This document shows positions 17,322 through 23,672 of a stretch of 59,389 bases of DNA, piece by piece; positions within the stretch are counted from its first letter, which is position 1; every line of letters begins with the position of its first letter. The stretch comes from a virus. A program made the position numbers and the translations under genes. Below the pieces are notes generated by a model. That model saw only the letters and a program-made list of their open reading frames with translations. It was not told the origin of the DNA and searched no databases. Location of the stretch: the IMG/VR virus record IMGVR_UViG_3300048912_000255, positions 1 to 59,389 of that record; one strand, given 5' to 3'.

Positions 17322-17723
17322 CTAAGGCATGATGATCTGGTTGGGCGGCTCATAACTCAGCCCGGCGCAGAGGTCGAGGAACCTCAGCATGAGAATCAGC
17401 TCCTCATCGATGTCATTCTGGAGGAGGTAGCTGATCTCCGGCTCGAAGCGACGATACTCAGGCTGGATGATCAGCGAGGGGCACGGGTAGACGCCGTCCC
17501 GGGCGTTGAAGTAGTCCTCGTGGTCGAGGTTCAGCCGCTCGGAGGGCGGACAACCATCCGGGTCATCCAGGGGCGGCTCGCTCTCCTCGTAGGTGAAACT
17601 ACCGAGGGGTCCACACCGCGAGCAGGAGACGCCGTAGAACTGGAAGAACTCGTTCCACTGGCCGCTGACGAAGTGCACCGCCCTGGGCGGGCTGAAGTAG
17701 CTGTAGCCGTCGTAGCCGGGCAT
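17322..17723 (-). CDS. Hypothetical protein (133 aa from MPGYDGY)
   Basis: TGATG overlap with the upstream stop at 17723. Confidence 0.5.
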   Translation of the reverse strand: MPGYDGYSYFSPPRAVHFVSGQWNEFFQFYGVSCSRCGPLGSFTYEESEPPLDDPDGCPPSERLNLDHEDYFNARDGVYPCPSLIIQPEYRRFEPEISYLLQNDIDEELILMLRFLDLCAGLSYEPPNQIIMP

Positions 17724-17989
17724 CAGTCGCGGATCTCCTCGCGGGTCGGCTTGGTGAAGTCCGGGCCGCACTTCCGCTGGCAGTAGGTCACGAAGGAGGC
17801 GGCCACGGTGCTCATCCAGATCAGGGTGTCACGCGGCATGTCCTGCGGGGCCGTGGCGATGGAGCGGATGGTCAGCTCCATGAACTGCTGAGCGGCTGCC
17901 TGCGGGTGCAGCGTCCGTTGAATGACCCTGTCGCGGAGGGCGTCCCGGGCTGCGATGAAACCAGTCTCGGTGGTGGGTGAGTTGCTCAT
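17723..17989 (-). CDS. Hypothetical protein (88 aa from MSNSPTT), apparently leaderless
   Basis: ATG at 17989 lies 6 nt downstream of a TACTAT -10 box. Confidence 0.55.
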   Translation of the reverse strand: MSNSPTTETGFIAARDALRDRVIQRTLHPQAAAQQFMELTIRSIATAPQDMPRDTLIWMSTVAASFVTYCQRKCGPDFTKPTREEIRD

Positions 17990-17995
17990 GCCTCG

Positions 17996-18025
17996 ATAGT
18001 AGGGGGGCGGGGCGACGGATGTCAA
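17996..18025 (-). promoter_or_regulatory. Promoter TTGACA-18-TACTAT, 6 nt from the ATG
   Basis: Read on the minus strand; faces away from the iteron region. Confidence 0.6.
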
Positions 18026-18157
18026 CCGGCGCTTGATTCAGAGGGGGCTATACGTGGAAGACTTTTTGGGGAAGAGGGAACAGCGGCCGCGCAGAACGGT
18101 GGCGTGCGGTGTAAATCGCCCATATCGGATATTTCTCCCGGGGGGTTCATATGGGGC

Positions 18158-18175
18158 AAATCGGACATTGCTCCC
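18158..18175 (+). repeat. AAATCGGACATTGCTCCC motif copy
   Basis: Related copies occur in reverse orientation at 19063-19080 and 19101-19115. The CGGACAT core recurs at 22074-22084, 22184-22196 and 22439-22449. Confidence 0.7.
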
Positions 18176-18264
18176 ATCATGGGATATTAGGGGAAAATAT
18201 ACAAAGAAAGGGGATAATTGGAATAAATAGGGAAAATAGGATATCAATCGGAAATTCGCAGGGA

Positions 18265-18399
18265 AATAACAATGCATGATGAATAACAATGCATGATGCA
18301 TTGATGCAAGGGGATATGAATGGGAAATGACAATGCATCATCGATCAATGAATAGGAAATAACAATGCATCATCATGATTCGAATAACAATGCATGCGC
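18265..18399 (+). repeat. Iteron array: five copies of AAT(A/G)ACAATGCAT plus extra ATGCAT cores
   Basis: Copies at 18265-18281 and 18282-18298 (perfect tandem 17-mers AATAACAATGCATGATG), 18326-18342, 18358-18374 and 18383-18399. Embedded in GGGAAAT-type purine repeats across an AT-rich stretch. Confidence 0.85.
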
Positions 18400-18455
18400 A
18401 TGATATTGCTACCTATCACCTTCATATAACCCCCTATATAACCCCCGGATATATA

Positions 18456-18507
18456 GGGGCATATATGCCCCCGCCTATATACACCCGTTATATGCCCCCG
18501 CCTATAT
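18456..18507 (+). repeat. 16-bp perfect palindrome GGGGCATATATGCCCC plus two 19-bp direct repeats TATATGCCCCCGCCTATAT
   Basis: Palindrome at 18456-18471; direct repeats at 18462-18480 and 18489-18507 (27-bp period). Confidence 0.8.
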
Positions 18508-18645
18508 TGCCCTTGCCCATGCCCAAACACTTCGCTCCCCACCGATTGCCATGCCCCTCCCTGATCATGCCCCCTCATGCGCCCCCGCCCGCATGCCCAT
18601 GCATGACGGTGTATAAAAATAACCCCCCCATAACCCCCCGATCGC

Positions 18646-18675
18646 CTTTACACACCCCCCCGCGCATGCCATAAT
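18646..18675 (+). promoter_or_regulatory. Promoter TTTACA-18-CATAAT, 6 nt from the ATG
   Basis: Read on the plus strand; same -10 to ATG geometry as the minus-strand leaderless units. Confidence 0.55.
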
Positions 18676-18681
18676 TAAGGC

Positions 18682-18909
18682 ATGAACAACGACAACATCG
18701 ACGCCGATGCCGCGATCATCACCCCCGCCCTCGATGACTTCCTCGCCCTCATGATCAACCACACCGACGCCCGCGCCTTCGCGATCGACCCCATGCGCGC
18801 CCAACTGATCCTCGACGAACTCCCCGACTGCGCCCTGCGCGATGCCCTGCGCGATGCCTTCCGCGACAACATCGACGCCGACGACGACCTCGACATCGCC
18901 CTTTACTGA
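18682..18909 (+). CDS. Hypothetical acidic protein (75 aa, MNNDNID...), apparently leaderless
   Basis: ORF track plus the promoter geometry. It opens with ATGAACAACGAC, like the genes starting at 20916 and 21879. Confidence 0.55.
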   Translation: MNNDNIDADAAIITPALDDFLALMINHTDARAFAIDPMRAQLILDELPDCALRDALRDAFRDNIDADDDLDIALY

Positions 18910-19062
18910 TCACGACGCCCACGATCGCGCGCATGATTCGCTCTGCGCGCGATCATCCATGCCCCCCTTACATGATCAACTTCTCACGCGATCTTGACGC
19001 GACCTCGCCATCCTGCGCTGCATCCGCGCGCCCGGGCGACAAATCGTGCTATGTCATAACGT

Positions 19063-19115
19063 GGGAGCAATGTCCGTTTTACACCGTTACCACGTACTTT
19101 GGGAGCGATGTCCGC
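19063..19115 (-). repeat. Two reverse-orientation copies of the CGGACAT(T/C)GCTCCC motif
   Basis: Plus strand reads GGGAGCAATGTCCGTTTT (19063-19080) and GGGAGCGATGTCCGC (19101-19115). Confidence 0.7.
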
Positions 19116-19149
19116 TTCCTGCCCGAGGCCGTCGCCGGGCTCCAACCGT

Positions 19150-19182
19150 CAGCAGCTACGTGACTCCAGCAGCTACGTGACT
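19150..19182 (+). repeat. Tandem 16-bp direct repeat CAGCAGCTACGTGACT x2
   Basis: Copies at 19150-19165 and 19167-19182; a partial third copy CAGCAGCTACGTA lies at 22293-22305. Confidence 0.8.
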
Positions 19183-19636
19183 TTGCGACGGAGCAGCTCC
19201 ATAGTGAGCAGGATGCGCACCGTGCCAGATCAGCGCGGCATAGTGGCGTGCGTGTGTGGCCCCCCCTCGAGCCCGTCGCCGCCTAACCATGGGCATGCAG
19301 GGCGGACGCCCCAGGGAGCGTTCTAGGCGGGTGGCAGGGGGGCCTGCATCGAATCACCCTACCTCGAGGCACCAGGCCGTTAGGGGCAGCATCAGAGCCC
19401 TCCTCGGCATGCATATGGGCCCCATCGTCACCCCTCGCCGGCAAAGGTCATCCCCCCTCGAGCCTTGGCTGCTCCACACCAACGGGCTGCAGGGCCGTTC
19501 TACGACGCCGTCGCCCTCGGAAGATAGCTGGCATTGAGCCAGGCGCGGGTAGAGCCTTCTACACCCCCTCAGGGCCCGTTCCTGGGCATACCTCGAGGTG
19601 GGGGCAGTACTCTGTAGAGTGTTAGTTGGAGCCTCA

Positions 19637-19668
19637 GTACACACCCCAGTGGGCCCTAGAGCGGGCCC
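19637..19668 (-). terminator. Hairpin GGGCCC-tagagc-GGGCCC after the 19675 gene, followed by a GGGGTGTGT tail
   Basis: Read on the minus strand, 7 nt after the stop codon. Confidence 0.5.
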
Positions 19669-19674
19669 GGGGTC

Positions 19675-20196
19675 CTAACTCTCGAACTCGTGGAGCACGT
19701 TGGTGGTGCCCCCCTCCAGGGCTCGAACCGTGACCGAGCCATCGGCCCAGCGGATCTTGGTGAAGTCAAAGGCCTTGCCGTTGATCTTGCGGGAGTGGCC
19801 CTTGACCCAGTCGCCCTTGTAGGTCGAGGAGCCCCGCATCCGGTAGTTCTCGATGTTGTATCGATCCGATACCTTCACCATCGGGGGGACCGGGCGGTCG
19901 TCAGGCGCGGTGTGGGGGGCGAGGCGCAGGGCCCCAGCGGCGATTTCCTCGAGCTCGAGGGAGCCGTCGTAGTATCCCTCGATCAGGGGGCGCAGCTCTG
20001 GGTGCTGGCCCTGCAGGCCCAGGAGGGAGGCGGCGAACTCCTCGGCGTCGGCAGAGCCGTCGTAGTAGGAGGCAACCACCTCGTCGAGGGTAGGGCCGGT
20101 GGGGGTGACCTTGGGGGCCTTGGCGGCATCCCTGCGGCACTTCGCGCGGGCGGCCTTGGTCGCGGGGTGGGTGCAGGCGGTGTGGTTGATGTTCAT
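19675..20196 (-). CDS. Hypothetical protein (173 aa from MNINHTACTH), apparently leaderless
   Basis: The consensus promoter lies inside the longer track ORF; ATG at 20196 is 6 nt after CATAAT. Confidence 0.6.
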   Translation of the reverse strand: MNINHTACTHPATKAARAKCRRDAAKAPKVTPTGPTLDEVVASYYDGSADAEEFAASLLGLQGQHPELRPLIEGYYDGSLELEEIAAGALRLAPHTAPDDRPVPPMVKVSDRYNIENYRMRGSSTYKGDWVKGHSRKINGKAFDFTKIRWADGSVTVRALEGGTTNVLHEFES

Positions 20197-20202
20197 GCCT
20201 TT

Positions 20203-20231
20203 ATTATGCCAGGGTAGCCGGGCTGTGTCAA
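20203..20231 (-). promoter_or_regulatory. Promoter TTGACA-17-CATAAT, 6 nt from the ATG
   Basis: Coordinates verified by codon arithmetic on ORF 19675..20364. Confidence 0.6.
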
Positions 20232-20339
20232 GGAGCCCTTCCCGGCTGTTTAAGGGGGTCCACACCCTCGGGTCAATGCCAGCATACCTCAGCGCGTGAT
20301 ACACCGCAGAACCCCCCGTGGGGGGCCTGGGTGAGGGCG

Positions 20340-20648
20340 TCAGCGCTTGGTCGTCGCGATCCATTCGCAGGCAGGAGCGAACCCCTGTTCGCAGTCATCC
20401 TGCTTCGAGTCGGCGAAACCCTCGTTGAAGTCCTTGACAGTGGAGTCGACCTTGGTCGTGTGGGTGTGCATCGTTACCCCTCGGTAGGTGCCGACCGCGG
20501 CGGCGATCATCAGCATGATCAGGAAGGGCATCGCGCCGGCGATCAGCAGGCGTCGCACGACCCGGGTGTTGGGGTTCTCGCGGTAGAAGCGCGTACCGTC
20601 GGCGTCGATGATGTAGGGGGTGATGGTGATGCGGGAGCGGCGGGTCAT
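20340..20648 (-). CDS. Single-pass membrane protein (102 aa)
   Basis: Hydrophobic stretch LLIAGAMPFLIMLMIAAAVGTY; has its own promoter and a ~45-nt leader. Confidence 0.55.
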   Translation of the reverse strand: MTRRSRITITPYIIDADGTRFYRENPNTRVVRRLLIAGAMPFLIMLMIAAAVGTYRGVTMHTHTTKVDSTVKDFNEGFADSKQDDCEQGFAPACEWIATTKR

Positions 20649-20694
20649 GATGATCAGTCCCTCAGGGTCGGTGGTGCGCGGTGTTGATAGGTAT

Positions 20695-20724
20695 ACCTTA
20701 CCACCCCTACTGGGGCGGCGTCAA
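20695..20724 (-). promoter_or_regulatory. Promoter TTGACG-18-TAAGGT followed by ATACCTATCAAC
   Basis: Overlaps the 3' end of the 20707 gene. The leader shares a module with the 21542 promoter unit. Confidence 0.55.
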
Positions 20725-20916
20725 GGTACCCAGTTCGGGGTAGTCGCTGATCATGTCCTCGACGCACCGGCGCAGCGCCTCGATCTCCTGCTCGCGGGTG
20801 GGCGGCAACCCGCCGGGGCGGAAGTCATCGAGCTGATCAACGATGCTGTAGGCATACTCCTCGATGAAGTCCAGCATCTCGTCGTCGGTGGGGTGGCGAA
20901 GTTCGTCGTTGTTCAT
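20707..20916 (-). CDS. Hypothetical acidic protein (69 aa from MNNDEL), apparently leaderless
   Basis: The -10 box TAAGGT abuts the track ATG (20922); the second ATG at 20916 is 6 nt after the -10, matching the other units. Confidence 0.55.
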   Translation of the reverse strand: MNNDELRHPTDDEMLDFIEEYAYSIVDQLDDFRPGGLPPTREQEIEALRRCVEDMISDYPELGTLTPPQ

Positions 20917-20922
20917 ACCCAT

Positions 20923-20951
20923 ACCTTACCACCCCCACCCGACGGAGTCAA
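20923..20951 (-). promoter_or_regulatory. Promoter TTGACT-17-TAAGGT
   Basis: Coordinates verified by codon arithmetic on ORF 20926..21246. Confidence 0.6.
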
Positions 20952-20970
20952 GGAGGCATTCCCGCGACTT

Positions 20971-20982
20971 TACGACGTCGTA
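20971..20982. promoter_or_regulatory. 12-bp perfect palindrome TACGACGTCGTA, centred ~28 bp upstream of the -35 box
   Basis: The same core (TACGACGTCGT) sits at the same distance from the 21909-21914 -35 box; a degenerate copy lies at 19500-19511. Confidence 0.6.
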
Positions 20983-21024
20983 CGCGGCTGATCGGCGCCG
21001 TGGTATGCCAGCATGCCCCGTGCC

Positions 21025-21056
21025 CCCATACACCCTTAGAGGGCCCTTGCGGGCCC
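21025..21056 (-). terminator. Hairpin GGGCCC-gcaa-GGGCCC after the 21071 gene, with a GGTGTAT-containing tail
   Basis: Read on the minus strand, 14 nt after the stop. Confidence 0.5.
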
Positions 21057-21070
21057 CCCTCGGGTATCGA

Positions 21071-21490
21071 TCAGACCTCGTCGGTGTCGTCCTCGAGCAT
21101 CGCGGCGATCTCGTCGTCGGTCGGGCCCTCGATGTCGTCCTCGATGTCAAGGTCCTCGTCGTTGATGTCCTCGGTGCCCTCGTCGTCGGTCGGGAGGATG
21201 ATCGCCTCGGCCTTCGGTGCCTTCGCGGCAGCGAGTGCCTCGGCACGGGCGGCCTTCGCCTCCTCCTGTGCCACCTCCCAGGCGGCGAACTTCTTCTTCA
21301 TGTTGCGCAGTTCGGCGGCCTTCAGTTCGAGGGCGTAGCGACCCCCCTTGCCGACCACCGACTTCCCCTCGCCCATCTCGTCGCGGAGGAACTTGCGCAG
21401 GGTGCGGGTCGCGGCCTTGCGGTTCTCGTCGACCGCCTCGTCCCCCATGATCTCGCGAGCCAGCTCGGTGGTGCCGTAAGTCCCAGCCAT
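21071..21490 (-). CDS. Paralogue family member 1 (139 aa): conserved N-terminal domain plus Ala/Lys helix and acidic tail
   Basis: MAGTYGTTELAREIMG...TRTLRKFLRDEMGEGKSVVGKGGRYALELKAAELRNMKKKFAAW. Shares a pattern with the 29092 and 45870 genes. Confidence 0.6.
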   Translation of the reverse strand: MAGTYGTTELAREIMGDEAVDENRKAATRTLRKFLRDEMGEGKSVVGKGGRYALELKAAELRNMKKKFAAWEVAQEEAKAARAEALAAAKAPKAEAIILPTDDEGTEDINDEDLDIEDDIEGPTDDEIAAMLEDDTDEV

Positions 21491-21541
21491 TTGAATCAGT
21501 CCCTTCGGTGTGGGGGGCGTTTCCCCCTCGTTGATAGGTAT

Positions 21542-21571
21542 ATTCTTGCATCCGGTGGGGGGCGGTGTCAA
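21542..21571 (-). promoter_or_regulatory. Promoter TTGACA-18-AAGAAT followed by ATACCTATCAAC
   Basis: Coordinates verified by codon arithmetic on ORF 21071..21805. Confidence 0.45.
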
Positions 21572-21600
21572 GGCGGCATCGCCCCCCTCAGGCATGATGT

Positions 21601-21879
21601 TTATGCCGACCAGTTGGGGGACTCGATCCCCACCTTGGAGGGGTCGATGTGCCAGTACCCCCCGCAGCCGATAATCACGAAGTTTCCGATCATCACGTGA
21701 TCGGCGTCCGGCGCGTTCGTGTAGTCGCTGGGCACCTCGTCGCAGTCGAGGCATTCGATCAGGCATTCGAGGTTCTGCGCGATGGTGTGCAGGGGGGCGT
21801 TCCACACCCTGCGCAGGTATTCGATCGTGCGCGGGGTGTCGAAGGGGTGAGGGATGCGGGGCAGTTCGTCGTTGTTCAT
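21601..21879 (-). CDS. Hypothetical protein (92 aa, MNNDEL...), apparently leaderless
   Basis: ATG lies 6 nt after a TAGATT -10 box. Confidence 0.55.
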   Translation of the reverse strand: MNNDELPRIPHPFDTPRTIEYLRRVWNAPLHTIAQNLECLIECLDCDEVPSDYTNAPDADHVMIGNFVIIGCGGYWHIDPSKVGIESPNWSA

Positions 21880-21885
21880 GCCCCT

Positions 21886-21914
21886 AATCTATCTGACGTC
21901 GAGGGGGGAGTCAA
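21886..21914 (-). promoter_or_regulatory. Promoter TTGACT-17-TAGATT, 6 nt from the ATG
   Basis: Verified against ORF 21649..21930 codons; palindrome TACGACGTCGT at 21935-21945 lies upstream. Confidence 0.6.
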
Positions 21915-22073
21915 GGATACCGACCGGTAATTTCTACGACGTCGTCAGGGGCCGTATACGGCGCTTACGCTCCGAGGATAGCTAGCATCGCACGGCGCCC
22001 TGGTACGGCGCGTATGCCCCCCTACGTGGCGTCCTCAGCCCTGTTCGCATGCGATGCCCGCCCCCTCGCCGGC

Positions 22074-22196
22074 AAATCGGACATCCCGGACTTTCCACAC
22101 CATACCGCCATCTGTCGCCCATGGACGGATCTATCATGTTTTGGCGGGTTTGACGGAGATGGTAGCATTGAGGCATACGAGGCAAATGTCCGATTT
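22074..22196. repeat. CGGACAT motif copies, plus a candidate plus-strand promoter between them
   Basis: AAATCGGACAT at 22074-22084. Near-palindromic AAATGTCCGATTT at 22184-22196 lies 5 nt downstream of a possible TTGACG-18-CATACG promoter (22150-22179). Confidence 0.5.
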
Positions 22197-23082
22197 GGAC
22201 GGGATCACGTGGTATGAGGGCTCTGTCCCATCCGCGGAGGTCATCCGGATTGGTCCGCTTCCTGGTCGGCTCCATTTCCGGGGCAAAAAGCTCAGCAGCT
22301 ACGTAGTATATATGTACATACGTCCTTGGCATGAGCATGCGCACCGGCGTGTTATGTCCTCGGCCCGGATATGGTTTGATCCGCACAGGGAATTCATTAG
22401 AGGGTGCTAGACACTGTCTGCCTTTCGCCAAAGTTGTTATGTCCGTTTTGTGGTGAAGTCCAAAAAGACATGGCAAGGCAACACAATCCGGTTTACGGAC
22501 TGTTCCTTGGTGATTTCCCGGCTCGTCTCCTAGTACCCCGACTGAATCGCGGTGTGGGATGAGTCCTACGTATAGTCCCCTGACGTCATTGTTTGCCGGC
22601 AATACCAGTTTACGGACTTGACGTGGGAGATTTCCCTCCACCGTGTGTCGGTTCCCGGGAGATTTCCACCCGGCCGACGCTAGATTTTGCCACGAGATTT
22701 GGTGAGAGTTCTCCGAGTCCTCCTTGGAGTGTTCTGTAAGAGCCTAGTAGTGTGCTACAGAGTGTTCCTTGGAGCCCGAGTCTGATCCCGGGTCGCTTCC
22801 CGGCTCCGTAGGCACCTCTGGTTCACCCCAATCCGACACGAAGATGCCCCCAGAACCACGTTCTAGTAAAATGTCCCGGACCCGAGGCAGGGCAAATAGT
22901 TCAATACCTGGCCCCCGTCACCCCCTCATCAGACCCACGTGTCCGAGTCATCACCCCACCCAGCTCGCCACTGTAACCCCGTACCACTCTGTAACTGACC
23001 CCATGTCATTTCCTGTCTACCCGCGAGTGTGAATGACTGCAATCGCAATCGATCGCGTCACCCTCAAGCACACCTACAGGTA

Positions 23083-23118
23083 GGGCAGGGAAGCCCCTGA
23101 TCGGGGAGAACCCTGCCC
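23083..23118 (-). terminator. Double stem-loop GGGCAGGG...CCCTGCCC (inner CCCC/GGGG) after the 23158 gene
   Basis: 8-bp outer stem at 23083-23090 / 23111-23118; on the minus strand it is followed by TACCTGTAGGTGTGC. Confidence 0.5.
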
Positions 23119-23157
23119 CACCATAATTTCGATATGCGCGAAGTGCCCTCGAGCCTA

Positions 23158-23652
23158 TCAGCTCTCCGAGCGGCCCTCACCATCACGGGGGCAAAACTTC
23201 CAGGACGGCTGCAGGAAGATCCCACACCGAGCGCATTGCGCGGCCTCAGAGCCGGCGGTCAGTTCGCCTCCATCGAGAGCGGTCTTCAGATCCCGGGCGA
23301 TGTTCCTCAGTCGCTTGTCGACCATGGTCTTGAGGTTCAGTGCCCTCTCATCCAGCACCACGAACGTCTTCTTGTACCGCTTGCCAGTGGTCTTGGCCCC
23401 AGTCCCCCGAGACTTGCCCAGTTCGCCGGCCTCCTGCTGAGCAGCCGCAGTAGCGGATCCGCCCCCATCCGATTTCACCGCCCGCATGAACATCTCGGCG
23501 TAGGTGTGGAGGAATCCCTCGGGCAGAAAGTAGAGTACCTCCATGGACACCTGAGCATGCGGCACGCCCGCCGCAGCTCGGATCTCGGCGAGTCGGCTAC
23601 GCACCTTGTCGTCGAGAACGTCAGTACCTGCTGCAGCAAGCGGCCGCGTCAT
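23158..23652 (-). CDS. Hypothetical protein with a C-terminal zinc-ribbon-like motif (164 aa from MTRPLAAAG)
   Basis: The in-frame ATG at 23652 follows the stop of the 23673 gene; CARCGIFLQPSWKFCPRDG. Confidence 0.5.
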   Translation of the reverse strand: MTRPLAAAGTDVLDDKVRSRLAEIRAAAGVPHAQVSMEVLYFLPEGFLHTYAEMFMRAVKSDGGGSATAAAQQEAGELGKSRGTGAKTTGKRYKKTFVVLDERALNLKTMVDKRLRNIARDLKTALDGGELTAGSEAAQCARCGIFLQPSWKFCPRDGEGRSES

Positions 23653-23672
23653 GTCTCGGTGATTCCTCTGTG

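Noticed and set aside
18265-18507. Possible CRISPR array
   Set aside because: The repeats are 13-19 bp, partly directly abutting, with no regular unique spacers of 25-40 bp. There are no cas genes. The pattern fits iterons or operators.
21982-22641. 219-aa minus-strand ORF (and 22054..22410 plus) inside the 1.2-kb tract
   Set aside because: It has a GTG start without an RBS and an Arg/Pro/Gly-rich composition, and it is riddled with the repeated DNA motifs. I treat it as non-coding, but this is the least certain rejection.
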